NCBI GenBank assembly: GCA_964016885.1
Contig: OZ024760.1
Coordinates: 28,210,001 to 28,274,000 of the forward strand
DNA: 64,000 nt
Source: Eledone cirrhosa
Taxonomy: Eukaryota
Direction of reading: 5' to 3'
Made by a program: the position numbers and the translations under genes. Each line of letters starts with the position of its first letter. The first letter of the stretch is position 1. Positions 37,201 through 51,300 of the stretch are shown piece after piece. The notes under the pieces are model-generated. The model had not been told where the DNA came from. It did no database searches and worked only from the letters and a program-made list of their open reading frames with translations.

Positions 37201-40200
37201 TACTGGTGTCAGTCATTAGACTGTGGCCATACTGGGGTACTGTTATGTTACTGGTGTCAGTCATTAGACTGTGGCCATACTGGGGTACTGTTATGTTACT
37301 GGTGTCAGTCATTAGACTGTGGCCATACTGGGGCACTATTCCTTTACTGGTGTCAGTCATTAGACTGTGGCCATACTGGGGCACTATTCCTTTACTGGTG
37401 TCAGTCATTAGACTGTGGCCATACTGGGGTACTGTTCCTTTACTGGTGTCAGTCATTAGACTGTGGCCATGTTGGGGTACTGTTCCTTTACTGGTGTCAG
37501 TCATTAGACTGTGGCCATGCTGGGGCACTGTTCCTTTAGTGGTGTCAGTCATTGGACTGTGGCCATACTGGGGTACTGTTCCTTTACTGGTGTCAGTCAT
37601 TAGACTGTGGCCATATTGGGGTACTGTTATGTTACTGGTGTCAGTCATTAGACTGTGGCCATACTGGGGCACTGTTCCTTTACTGGTGTCAGTCATTAGA
37701 CTGTGGCCATATTGGGGTACTGTTATGTTACTGGTGTCAGTCATTAGACTGTGGCCATGCTGGGGCACTGTTCCTTTACTGGTGTCAGTCATTAGACTGT
37801 GGCCATGTTGGGGTACTGTTCCTTTACTGGTGTCAGTCATTAGACTGTGGCCATATTGGGGTACTGTTATGTTACTGGTGTCAGTCATTAGACTGTGGCC
37901 ATGCTGGGGCACTGTTCCTTTACTGGTGTCAGTCATTAGACTGTGGCCATGCTGGGGCACTGTTCCTTTACTGGTGTCAGTCATTAGACTGTGGCCATGC
38001 TGGGGCACTGTTCCTTTACTGGTGTCAGTCATTAGACTGTGGCCATATTGGGGTACTGTTATGTTACTGGTGTCAGTCATTAGACTGTGGCCATACTGGG
38101 GTACTGTTCCTTTACTGGTGTCAGTCATTAGACTGTGGCCATACTGGGGTACTGTTCCTTTACTGGTGTCAGTCATTAGACTGTGGCCATACTGGGGCAC
38201 TGTTCCTTTACTGGTGTCAGTCATTAGACTGTGGCCATACTGGGGCATTGTTCCTTTACTGGTGTCAGTCATTAGACAGTGGCCATACTGGTGTAGTGTT
38301 CCTTTACTGGTGTCAGTCATTAGACTGTGGCCACATTGGGGTACTGTTATGTTACTGGTGTCAGTCATTAGACTGTGGCCATATTGGGGTACTGTTATGT
38401 TACTGGTGTCAGTCATTGGACTGTGGCCATACTGGGGCATTGTTTCTTTACTGGTGTCAGTCATTAGACTGTGGCCATGCTGGGGTAGTGTTCCTTTACT
38501 GGTGTTAGTCATTAAGACTGTGGCCATGCTGGGGCACTGTTCCTTTACTGGTGTCAGTCATTAGACTGTCGCCATGTTGCGGTAGTGTTCCTTTACTGGT
38601 GTCAGTCATTAGACTGTGGCCATACTGGTGTAGTGTTCCTTTACTGGTGTCAGTCATTAGACTGTGGCCATACTGGGGCACTGTTATGTTACTGGTGTCA
38701 GTCATTAGACTGTGGCCATACTGGGGCACTATTCCTTTACTGGTGTCAGTCATTAGACTGTGGCCATGTTGGGGTACTGTTCCTTTACTGGTGTCAGTCA
38801 TTAGACTGTGGCCATACTGGGGCACTATTCCTTTACTGGTGTCAGTCATTAGACTGTGGCCATGTTGGGGTACTGTTCCTTTACTGGTGTCAGTCATTAG
38901 ACTGTGGCCATACTGGGGCACTGTTATGTTACTGGTGTCAGTCATTAGACTGTGGCCATGCTGGGGCACTGTTCCTTTACTGGTGTCAGTCATTAGACTG
39001 TGGCCATACTGGGGCACTGTTATGTTACTGGTGTCAGTCATTAGACTGTGGTCATACTGGGGCACTATTCCTTTACTGGTGTCAGTCATTAGACTGTGGC
39101 CATACTGGGGCACTATTCCTTTACTGGTGTCAGTCATTAGACTGTGGCCATATTGGGGTACTGTTCCTTTACTGGTGTCAGTCTTTAGACTGTGGCCATA
39201 TTGGGGTACTGTTATGTTACTGGTGTCAGTCATTAGACTGTGGCCATGCTGGGGCACTGTTCCTTTACTGGTGTCAGTCATTTGACTGTGGCCATGCTGG
39301 GGCACTGTTATGTTACTGGTGTCAGTCATTAGACTGTGGCCATGCTGGGGTACTGTTCCTTTACTGGTGGCAGTCATTGGACTGTGGCCATGCTGGAGCA
39401 CTGTACCTTTACTGGTGTCAGTCATTAGACTGTGGCCATACTGGGGCACTGTTATGTTACTGGTGTCAGTCATTAGACTGTGGCCATACTGGGGCACTAT
39501 TCCTTTACTGGTGTCAGTCATTAGACTGTGGCCATGTTGGGGTACTGTTCCTTTACTGGTGTCAGTCATTAGACTGTGGCCATACTGGGGCACTATTCCT
39601 TTACTGGTGTCAGTCATTAGACTGTGGCCATGTTGGGGTACTGTTCCTTTACTGGTGTCAGTCATTAGACTGTGGCCATACTGGGGCACTGTTATGTTAC
39701 TGGTGTCAGTCATTAGACTGTGGCCATGCTGGGGCACTGTTCCTTTACTGGTGTCAGTCATTAGACTGTGGCCATATTGGGGCACTGTTATGTTACTGGT
39801 GTCAGTCATTAGACTGTGGTCATACTGGGGCACTATTCCTTTACTGGTGTCAGTCATTAGACTGTGGCCATACTGGGGCACTATTCCTTTACTGGTGTCA
39901 GTCATTAGACTGTGGCCATATTGGGGTACTGTTCCTTTACTGGTGTCAGTCTTTAGACTGTGGCCATATTGGGGTACTGTTATGTTACTGGTGTCAGTCA
40001 TTAGACTGTGGCCATACTGGAGCACTGTTCCTTTACTGGTGTCAGTCATTAGACTGCCGCCATGCTGGGGCACCGTTCCTTTATGGTGTCAGTCATTGGA
40101 CTGTGGCCATACTGGGGTACTGTTCCTTTACTGGTGTCAGTCATAAGACTTTGGCCATACTGGGGGTACTGTTATGTTACTGGTGTCAGTCATTAGACTG

Positions 40201-43200
40201 TGGCCATACTGGGGTACTGTTCCTTTACTGGTGTCAGTCATTAGACTGTGGCCATGCTGGGGTACTGTTCCTTTACTGGTGTCAGTCATTAGACTGTGGC
40301 CATACTGGGGTACTGTTATGTTACTGGTGTCAGTCATTAGACTGTGGCCATACTGGGGTACTGTTCCTTTACTGGTGTCAGTCATTAGACTGTGGCCATG
40401 CTGGGGTACTGTTCCTTTACGGGTGTCAGTCATTAGACTGTGGTCATAATGGGGCACTGTTATGTTACTGGTGTCAGTCATTAGACTGTGGCCATACTGG
40501 GGTACTGTTATGTTACTGGTGTCAGTCATTAGACTGTGGCCATACTGGGGTACTGTTATGTTACTGGTGTCAGTCATTAGACTGTGGCCATACTGGGGCA
40601 CTATTCCTTTACTGGTGTCAGTCATTAGACTGTGGCCATACTGGGGCACTATTCCTTTACTGGTGTCAGTCATTAGACTGTGGCCATACTGGGGTACTGT
40701 TCCTTTACTGGTGTCAGTCATTAGACTGTGGCCATGTTGGGGTACTGTTCCTTTACTGGTGTCAGTCATTAGACTGTGGCCATGCTGGGGCACTGTTCCT
40801 TTAGTGGTGTCAGTCATTGGACTGTGGCCATACTGGGGTACTGTTCCTTTACTGGTGTCAGTCATTAGACTGTGGCCATATTGGGGTACTGTTATGTTAC
40901 TGGTGTCAGTCATTAGACTGTGGCCATACTGGGGCACTGTTCCTTTACTGGTGTCAGTCATTAGACTGTGGCCATATTGGGGTACTGTTATGTTACTGGT
41001 GTCAGTCATTAGACTGTGGCCATGCTGGGGCACTGTTCCTTTACTGGTGTCAGTCATTAGACTGTGGCCATGTTGGGGTACTGTTCCTTTACTGGTGTCA
41101 GTCATTAGACTGTGGCCATATTGGGGTACTGTTATGTTACTGGTGTCAGTCATTAGACTGTGGCCATGCTGGGGCACTGTTCCTTTACTGGTGTCAGTCA
41201 TTAGACTGTGGCCATGCTGGGGCACTGTTCCTTTACTGGTGTCAGTCATTAGACTGTGGCCATGCTGGGGCACTGTTCCTTTACTGGTGTCAGTCATTAG
41301 ACTGTGGCCATATTGGGGTACTGTTATGTTACTGGTGTCAGTCATTAGACTGTGGCCATACTGGGGTACTGTTCCTTTACTGGTGTCAGTCATTAGACTG
41401 TGGCCATACTGGGGCACTGTTCCTTTACTGGTGTCAGTCATTAGACTGTGGCCATACTGGGGCATTGTTCCTTTACTGGTGTCAGTCATTAGACAGTGGC
41501 CATACTGGTGTAGTGTTCCTTTACTGGTGTCAGTCATTAGACTGTGGCCATATTGGGGTACTGTTATGTTACTGGTGTCAGTCATTAGACTGTGGCCATA
41601 TTGGGGTACTGTTATGTTACTGGTGTCAGTCATTGGACTGTGGCCATACTGGGGCATTGTTTCTTTACTGGTGTCAGTGATTAGACTGTGGCCATGCTGG
41701 GGTAGTGTTCCTTTACTGGTGTTAGTCATTAGACTGTGGCCATGCTGGGGCACTGTTTCTTTACTGGTGTCAGTCATTAGACTGTCGCCATGTTGGGGTA
41801 GTGTTCCTTTACTGGTGTCAGTCATTAGACTGTGGCCATGCTGGGGCACTGTTCCTTTACTGGTGTCAGTCATTAGACTGTCGCCATGTTGGGGTAGTGT
41901 TCCTTTACTGGTGTCAGTCATTAGACTGTGGCCATACTGGTGTAGTGTTCCTTTACTGGTGTCAGTCATTAGACTGTGGCCATACTGGGGCACTGTTCCT
42001 TTACTGGTGTCAGTCATTAGACTGTGGCCATGCTGGGGCACTGTTCCTTTACTGGTGTCAGTCATTAGACTGTGGCCATGCTGGGGCACTGTTCCTTGAC
42101 TAGTGTCAGTCATTAGACTGTGGCCATGCTGGGGCACTGTTCCTTTACTGGTGTCAGTCATTAGACTGTGGCCATACTGGGGCACTGTTCCTTTACTGGT
42201 GTCAGTCATTAGACTGTGGCCATGCTGGGGCACTGTTCCTTTACTGGTGTCAGTCATTTGACTGTGGCCATGCTGGTGCACTGTTATGTTACTGGTGTCA
42301 GTCATTAGACTGTGGCCATGCTGGGGTACTGTTCCTTTACTGGTGGCAGTCATTGGACTGTGGCCATGCTGGAGCACTGTACCTTTACTGGTGTCAGTCA
42401 TTAGACTGTGGCCATACTGGGGCACTATTCCTTTACTGGTGTCAGTCATTAGACTGTGGCCATACTGGGGCACTATTCCTTTACTGGTGTCAGTCATTAG
42501 ACTGTGGCCATGTTGGGGTACTGTTCCTTTACTGGTGTCAGTCATTAGACTGTGGCCATACTGGGGCACTGTTCCTTTACTGGTGTCAGTCATTAGACTG
42601 TGGCCATATTGGGGTACTGTTCCTTTACTGGTGTCAGTCTTTAGACTGTGGCCATATTGGGGTACTGTTATGTTACTGGTGTCAGTCATTAGACTGTGGC
42701 CATACTGGGGTACTGTTCCTTTACTGGTGTCAGTCATTAGACTGTGGCCATATTGGGGTACTGTTATGTTACTGGTATCAGTCATTAGACTGTGGCCATA
42801 CTGGGGCATTGTTCCTTTATGGTGCAGTCGTTAGACTGTGGGCATGCTGGAGCAGTTCCTTTACTAGTGTCAGTCATTAGACTGTGGCCATGCTGGGGTA
42901 CTGTTCCTTGACTAGTGTCAGTCATTAGATTGTGGCCATGCTGGGGCACTGTTCCTTTATGGTGTCAGTCATTGGACTGTGGCCATGCTGGGGTACTGTT
43001 TTTTTACTGGTGTCAGTCATTAGACTGTGGCCATACTGGGGTACTGTTCCTTGACTAGTGTCAGTTATTAGACTGTGGCCATGCTGGGGCACTGTTCCTT
43101 TACTGGTGTCAGTTATTGGACTGTGGCCATGCTGGGGCACTGTACCTTTACAGGTGTCAGTCATTGGACTGTGGCCATATTGGGGTACTGTTATGTTACT

Positions 43201-46200
43201 AGTGTCAGTCATTAGACTGTGGCCATGATAGGGCACTGTACCTTTACTGGTGTCAGTCATTAGACTGTGGCCATACTGGGGCACTGTTCCTTTACTGGTG
43301 TCAGTCATTAGACTGTCGCCATGCTGGGGCACTGTTCCTTTATGGTGTCAGTCATTGGACTGTGGCCATGCTGGGGTACTGTTTTTTTACTGGTGTCAGT
43401 CATTATACTGTGGCCATACTGGAGTACTGTTCCTTGACTAGTGTCATTCATTAGACTGTGGCCATCCTGGGGCACTGTTCCTTTACTGGTGTCAGTCATT
43501 GGACTGTAGCCATGCTGGGGCACTGTACCTTTAAAGGTGTCAGTCATTGGACTGTGGCCATGTTGGGGCACTGTTCCTTTACTGGTGTCAGTCATTAGAC
43601 TGTGGCCATGCTGGGGTACTGTTATGTTACTAGTGTCAGTCATTAGACTGTGGCCATGCTGGGACACTGTACCTTTACTGGTGTCAGTCATTAGACTGTG
43701 GCCATACTGGAGCACTGTTCCTTTACTGGTGTCAGTCATTAGACTGTGGCCATGCTGGGGCACTGTTCCTTGACTAGTGTCAGTCATTAGACTGTGGCCA
43801 TGCTGGGGCACTGTTCCTTTACTGGTGTCAGTCATTAGACTGTGGCCATGCTGGGGCACTGTTATGTTACTGGTGTCGGTCATTAGACTGTGGCCATACT
43901 GGGGTACTGTTCCTTTACTGGTGGCAGTCATTGGACTGTGGCCATGCTGGGGCACTGTTCCTTTACTGGTGTCAGTCATTAGACTGTGGCCATGCTGGGG
44001 CACTGTTCCTTTACTGGTGGCAGTCATTGGACTGTGGCCATGCTGGGGCACTGTTCCTTTACTGGTGTCAGTCATTAGACTGTCGCCATGCTGGGGTACT
44101 GTTCCTTTACTGGTGTCAGTCATTAGACTGTGGCCATGCTGGAGCACTGTTCCTTGACTAGTGTCAGTCATTAGACTGTGGCCATGCTGGGGCACTGTTC
44201 CTTTACTGGTGTCAGTCATTTGACTGTGGCCATGCTGGGGCACTGTTATGTTACTGGTGTCAGTCATTAGACTGTGGCCATGCTGGGGTACTGTTCCTTT
44301 ACTGGTGGCAGTCATTGGACTGTGGCCATGCTGGAGCACTGTACCTTTACTGGTGTCAGTCATTAGACTGTGGCCATACTGGGGCACTGTTATGTTACTG
44401 GTGTCAGTCATTAGACTGTGGCCATACTGGGGCACTATTCCTTTACTGGTGTCAGTCATTAGACTGTGGCCATGTTGGGGTACCGTTCCTTTACTGGTGT
44501 CAGTCATTAGACTGTGGCCATACTGGGGCACTATTCCTTTACTGGTGTCAGTCATTAGACTGGCCATGTTGGGGTACTGTTCCTTTACTGGTGTCAGTCA
44601 TTAGACTGTGGCCATACTGGGGCACTGTTATGTTACTGGTGTCAGTCATTAGACTGTGGCCATACTGGGGCACTATTCCTTTACTGGTGTCAGTCATTAG
44701 ACTGTGGCCATGTTGGGGTACTGTTCCTTTACTGGTGTCAGTCATTAGACTGTGGCCATACTGGGGCACTATTATGTTACTGGTGTCAGTCATTAGACTG
44801 TGGCCATACTGGGGCACTATTCCTTTACTGGTGTCAGTCATTAGACTGTGGCCATACTGGGGCACTGTTATGTTACTGGTGTCAGTCATTAGACTGTGGC
44901 CATACTGGGGCACTATTCCTTTACTGGTGTCAGTCATTAGACTGTGGCCATGTTGGGGTACTGTTCCTTTACTGGTGTCAGTCATTAGACTGTGGCCATA
45001 CTGGGGCACTGTTATGTTACTGGTGTCAGTCATTAGACTGTGGCCATACTGGGGCACTATTCCTTTACTGGTGTCAGTCATTAGACTGTGGCCATGTTCG
45101 GGTACTGTTCCTTTACTGGTGTCAGTCATTAGACTGTGGCCATACTGGGGTACTGTTCCTTTACTGGTGTCAGTCATTAGACTGTGGCCATATTGGGGTA
45201 CTGTTCCTTTACTGGTGTCAGTCATTAGACTGTGGCCATATTGGGGTACTGTTATGTTACTGGTGTCAGTCATTAGACTGTGGCCATACTGGGGTACTGT
45301 TCCTTTACTGGTGTCAGTCATTAGACTGTGGCCATATTGGGGTACTGTTATGTTACTGGTGTCAGTCATTAGACTGTGGCCATAATGGGGCATTGGTCCT
45401 TTATGGTGCAGTCGTTAGACTGTGGGCATGCTGGAGCAGTTCCTTTACTAGTGTCAGTCATTAGACTGTGGCCATGCTGGGGTACTGTTCCTTGACTAGT
45501 GTCAGTCATTAGATTGTGGCCATGCTGGGGCACTGTTCCTTTATGGTGTCAGTCATTGGACTGTGGCCATGCTGGGGTACTGTTTTTTTACTGGTGTCAC
45601 TCATTAGACAGTGGCCATACTGGGGTACTGTTCCTTGACTAGTGTCAGTCATTAGACTGTGGCCATGCTGGGGCACTGTTCCTTTACTGGTGTCAGTCAT
45701 TGGACTGTGGCCATGCTGGGGCACTGTACCTTTACAGGTGTCAGTCATTGGACTGTGGCCATATTGGGGTACTGTTATGTTACTAGTGTCAGTCATTAGA
45801 CTGTGGCCATGCTGGGGCACTGTACCTTTACTGGTGTCAGTCATTAGACTGTGGCCATACTGGGGCACTGTTCCTTTACTGGTGTCAGTCATTAGACTGT
45901 CGCCATGCTGGGGCACTGTTCCTTTATGGTGTCAGTCATTGGACTGTGGCCATACTGGGGTACTGTTCCTTTACTGGTGTCAGTCATTAGACTGTCGCCA
46001 TGCTGGGGTACTGTTCCTTGACTAGTGTCAGTCATTAGACTGTGGCCATCCTGGGGCACTGTTCCATTATGGTGTCAGTCATTGGACTGTGGCCATGCTG
46101 GGGTACTGTTTTTTTACTGGTGTCAGTCATTATACTGTGGCCATACTGGGGTACTGTTCCTTGACTAGTGTCAGTCATTAGACTGTGGCCATCCTGGGGC

Positions 46201-47691
46201 ACTGTTCCTTTACTGGTGTCAGTCATTGGACTGCGGCCATGCTGGGGCACTGTACCTTTAAAGGTGTCAGTCATTGGACTGTGGCCATGCTGGGGCACTG
46301 TTCCTTTACTGGTGTCAGTCATTAGACTGTGGCCATGCTGGGGTACTGTTATGTTACTAGTGTCAGTCATTAGACTGTGGCCATGCTGGGGCACTGTACC
46401 TTTACTGGTGTCAGTCATTAGACTGTGGCCATACTGGGGCACTGTTCCTTTACTGGTGTCAGTCATTAGACTGTCGCCATGCTGGGGCACTGTTCCTTTA
46501 TGGTGTCAGTCATTGGACTGTGGCCATACTGGGGTACTGTTCCTTTACTGGTGTCAGTCATTAGACTGTCGCCATGCTGGGGCACTTTTCCTTTACTGGT
46601 GTCAGTCATTAGACTGTGGCCATGCTGGGGCACTGTTCCTTGACTGGTGTCAGTCATTAGACTGTGGCCATACTGGGGTACTGTTCCTTGAATGGTGTCA
46701 GTCATTGGATTGTGGCCATACTGGGGCACTGTTCCTTTATGGTGTCAGTCGTTTGACTGTGGCCATGCTGGAGCACTGTTCCTTGACTGGTGTCAGTCAT
46801 TAGACTGTGGCCATGCTGGGGTACTGTTCCTTGACTAGTGTCAGTCATTAGATTGTGGCCATGCTGGGGCACTGTTCCTTTATGGTGTCAGTCATTGGAC
46901 TGTGGGCATGCTGGAGCACAGTTCCTTTACTGGTGTCAGTCATTAGACGGTGGCCATGCTGGGGCACTGTTCCTTTACTAGTGTCAGTCATTAGACTGAT
47001 TAGACTGTGTCCATACTGGGGCACTGTTCCTTTACAGGTGTCAGTCATTAGACTGTGGCCATACTGGGGTACTGTTCCTTTACAGCTGTCAGTCATTGGA
47101 CTGTGGCCATACTGGGGTACTGTTCCTTTACTAGTGTCAGTCATTAGACTGTGTCGATACTGGGGTACTGTTCCTTTACTGGTGTCAGTCATTAGACTGT
47201 GGCCATGCTGGGGTACTGTTCCTTTACTAGTGTCAGTCATTAGACTGTGGCCATACTGGGATACTGTTCCTTTACTAGTGTCAGTCATTAGACTGTGGCC
47301 ATACTGGGGTACTGTTCCTTTACTGGTGTCAGTCATTAGACTGTGTCCATACTGGGGCACTGTTCCTTTACTTGTGTCAGTCATTGGATTGTGGCCATAC
47401 TGGGGCACTGTTCCTTTACTGGTGTCAGTCATTAGACTGTGGCCATACTGGGGTACTGTTCCTTTACTAGTGTCAGTCATTAGACTGTGGCCATACTGGG
47501 GTACTGTTCCTTTACTGGTGTCAGTCATTAGACTGTGTCCATACTGGGGCACTGTTCCTTTACTTGTGTCAGTCATTGGATTGTGGCCATACTGGGGTAC
47601 TGTTCCTTTACTGGTGTCAATCATTAGACTGTGACCATGATGGGGCACCACACTCTTCTACTGTTTCAGCCATTAGAACCTAGCAATGCTG
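25245..47691. repeat. 48-bp satellite array, about 465 monomers, with higher-order structure
   Basis: Consensus ctgtggccat(g/a)ctgggg(c/t)actgtt(cct/atg)ttactggtgtcagtcattaga; 16-aa periodicity in the ORFs; 3265-bp super-period. Confidence 0.98.
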
Positions 47692-47950
47692 TGGAGGCTC
47701 GTGGCCTAGTGGTAAGGGTGTTGTAGCTATGATCAAAATGTTGTGAGTTCGATCCTTGAGCCGGGTTGCATGTTGTGTTCTTGAGAAAAATACTTTATTT
47801 CACGTTGCTCCAGTATACTCAGCTGAGGGTTTAAGCCTGTGATGAACTGGTGTCCTGTCTAGGGGAAGTCTTGTACTCTCAATCAGTTTACGCCATGGAA
47901 CTGGGATAAACACCGGCCTATTGAGACTTCTAGCTTAAGACAGACTTTCA
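47692..47950 (+). mobile_element. tRNA-derived SINE with a 7-bp TSD
   Basis: A box tggcctagtgg; B box gagttcgatcc; core tgttgtgttcttgag...cctgtgatgaactggtgtcctgtctagggg; TSD aatgctg at 47685-47691 and 47951-47957. Confidence 0.8.
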
Positions 47951-47996
47951 AATGCTGGGGAACCCTTCTTTTACTGCTTTAAGTATATATTAGACT

Positions 47997-48380
47997 TCAG
48001 CTCCTAACTACATCTCAGGAAGAAACCAGACTACAGCTATGGATTAGAAAGCTAGAGAATGACGCCCCTCCTATTGACATGTGAATCACCCCTTCTGAAG
48101 TCCTCCCTCCTGGCTCAGAAGCACTATGGGTCCAGTGGAAGAGACTCAACCGCCTGAGAGCAGGAATGGGGCGATCAAAAGCTGCTATGACCAGATGGGG
48201 CTACAAGACCGGCCCAACCATCTGCAAATGTGGAGAGAAGTACCACGCGATGCAGCCCTGCCTTGTTTGACCTCTACTACCCAACCAGTGCAGCTTAAAA
48301 GATCTTGCAGAATTTAATAATAATGCAAAGGACTGTGTAAAGAAATGGGAAACTGTCATATAACCACATGCTTCGAAGAT
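47997..48380 (+). mobile_element. 3' end of an Ingi/Vingi (I-group) LINE, pseudogenised
   Basis: Frame from 48001, not in the ORF track: ..LPPGSEALWVQWKRLNRLRAGMGRSKAAMTRWGYKTGPTICKCGEKYHAMQPCLV*PLLPNQCSLKDL..KKWETVI*. This shows an LNRLRxG motif plus a decayed CxC zinc knuckle and a very short 3'UTR. Confidence 0.7.
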
Positions 48381-51300
48381 ACTGGGCCATGCTGGGGTAC
48401 TATCTTTACTGGTTTGAGTTATTAGACTGTGGCCATGCTGGGGTACTATCTTTACTGGTTTCAGTTATTAGACTGTGGCCATGCTGGGGTACTATCTTTA
48501 CTGGTTTCAGTTATTAGACTGTGGCCATGCTGGGGTACTATCTGTACTGGTTTCAGTTATTAGACTGTGGCCATGCTGGGGTACTATCTGTACTGGTTTC
48601 AGTTATTAGACTGTGGCCATGCTGGGGTACTATCTTTACTGGTTTCAGTTATTAGACTGTAGCCATGCTGGGGTACTATCTTTACTGGTTTCAGTTATGA
48701 GACTGTGGCCATGCTGGGGTACTATCTTTACTGGTTTCAGTTATTAGACTGTGGCCATGCTGGGGTACTATCTTTACTGGTTTCAGTTATGAGACTGTGG
48801 CCATGCTGGGGTACTATCTTTACTGGTTTCAGTTATGAGACTGTGCCCATGCTGGGGTACTATCTTTAATGGTTTCAGTTATTAGATTGTGGCCATGCTG
48901 GGGTACTATCTGTACTGGTTTCAGTTATTAGACTGTAGCCATGCTGGGGTACTATCTTTACTGGTTTCAGTTATTAGACTGTGGCCATGCTGGGGTACTA
49001 TCTTTACTAGTTTCAATAATTAGACTGTGGCCATGCTGGGGTACTATCTTTACTGGTTTCAGTTATTAGACTGTGGCCATGCTGGGGTACTATCTTTACT
49101 GGTTTCAGTTATTAGACTGTGGCCATGCTGGGGTACTATCTTTACTGGTTTCAGTTATTAGATTGTGGCCATGCTGGGGTACTATCTTCACTGGTTTCAG
49201 TTATTAGACTGTGGCCATGCTGGGGTACTATCTTTACTGGTTTCAGTTATTAGACTGTGGCCATGCTGGGGTACTATCTTCACTGGTTTCAGTTATTAGA
49301 CTGTGGCCATGCTGGGGTACTATCTTTACTGGTTTCAGTTAATAGACTGTGGCCAGGCTGGGGTACTATCTTTACTGGTTTCAGTTATTAGACTGTGGCC
49401 ATGCTGGGGTACTATCTTCACTGGTTTCAGTTATTAGACTGTGGCCATGCTGGGGTACTATCTTTACTGGTTTCAGTTAATAGACTGTGGCCATGCTGGG
49501 GTACTATCTTTACTGGTTTCAGTTATTAGACTGTGGCCATGCTGGGGTACTATCTTCACTGGTTTCAGTTATTAGACTGTGGCCATGCTGGGGTACTATC
49601 TGTACTGGTTTCAGTTATTAGACTGTGGCCATGCTGGGGTACTATCTTCACTGGTTTCAGTTATTAGACTGTGGCCATGCTGGGGTACTATCGTTACTGG
49701 TTTCAGTTATTAGACTGTAGCCATGCTGGGGTACTATCTTTACTGGTTTCAGTTATTAGACTGTGGCCATGCTGGGGTACTATCTTTACTGGTTTCAGTT
49801 ATTAGACTGTGGCCATGCTGGGGTACTATCTTTACTGGTTTCAGTTATTAGACTGTGGCCATGCTGGGGTACTATCTGTACTGGTTTCAGTTATTAGACT
49901 GTGGCCATGCTGGGGTACTATCTTTACTGGTTTCAGTTATTAGACTGTGGCCATGCTGGGGTACTATCTTTACTGGTTTCAGTTATTAGACTGTGGCCAT
50001 GCTGGGGTACTATCTTCACTGGTTTCAGTTATTAGACTGTGGCCATGCTGGGGTTCTATCTTCACTGGTTTCAGTTATTAGGCTGTGGCCATGCTGGGGT
50101 ACTATCTTTACTGGTTTCAGTTATTAGACTGTGGCCATGCTGGGGTACTATCTGTACTGGTTTCAGTTATTAGATTGTGGCCATGCTGGGGTACTATCTT
50201 TACTGGTTTCAGTTATTAGATTGTGGCCATGCTGGGGTACTATCTTTACTGGTTTCAGTTATTAGACTGTGGCCATGCTGGGGTACTATCTTCACTGGTT
50301 TCAGTTATTAGACTGTCGCCATGCTGGCGTTCTATCTTCACTGGTTTCAGTTATTAGACTGTGGCCATGCTGGGGTACTATCTTCACTGGTTTGAGTTAT
50401 TAGATTGTGGCCATGCTGGGGTACTATCTTTACTGGTTTCAGTTATTAGACTGTGGCCATGCTGGGGTACTATCATCACTGGTTTCAGTTATTAGACTGT
50501 CGCCATGCTGGGGTACTATCTTCACTGGTTTCAGTTATTAGACTGTGGCCATGCTGGGGTACTATCTTTACTGGTTTCAGTTATTAGACTGTGGCCATGC
50601 TGGGGTACTATCTTTACTGGTTTCAGTTATTAGACTGTGGCCATGCTGGGGTACTATCTTTACTGGTTTCACTTATTAGACTGTGGCCATGCTGGGGTAC
50701 TTTCTTTACTGGTTTCAGTTATTAGACTGTGGCCATGCTGGGGTACTATCTTCACTGGTTTCAGTTATTAGACTGTGGCCATGTTGGGGTACTATCTTTA
50801 CTGGTTTCAGTTATTAGACTGTGGCCATGCTGGGGTACTATCTTTACTGGTTTCAATTATTAGACTGTGGCCATGCTGGGGTACTATCTTTACTGGTTTG
50901 AGTTATTAGACTGTGGCCATGCTGGGGTACTATCTTCACTGGTTTCAGTTATTAGACTGTGGCCATGCTGGGGTACTATCTTCACTGGTTTCAGTTATTA
51001 GACTGTGGCCATGCTGGGGTACTATCTTTACTGGTTTGAGTTATTAGACTGTCGCCATACTGGGGTACTATCTTTACTGGTTTCAGTTAGTAGATTGTGG
51101 CCATGCTGGGGTACTATCTGTACTGGTTTCAGTTATTAGACTTTGGCCATGCTGGGGTACTATCTGTACTGGTTTCAGTTATTAGATTGTGGCCATGCTG
51201 GGGTACTATCTTTACTGGTTTCAGTATATTAGACTGTGGCCATGCTGGGGTACTATCTGTACTGGTTTCAGTTATTAGACTGTGGCCATGCTGGGGTACT

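Noticed and set aside
25257-47651. Long ORFs up to 1367 aa (MTDTSKGTVPQHGHSL)n, (LFLYWCQSLDCGHAGA)n and (VSVIRLWPYWGTVPLL)n
   Set aside because: The 48-bp unit is a multiple of 3 and stop-free in several frames. The ORFs overlap on both strands, are broken by 1-bp indels and have no unique termini. The sister 46-bp array has no such frame, and the Cys/His pattern is not a real zinc finger.
47692-47770. tRNA gene
   Set aside because: It has A and B boxes but no intact cloverleaf, and it continues into a SINE body with a TSD.
48126-48317. 63-aa ORF in the track
   Set aside because: Wrong frame; the LINE-like peptide is in a different, stop-interrupted frame.
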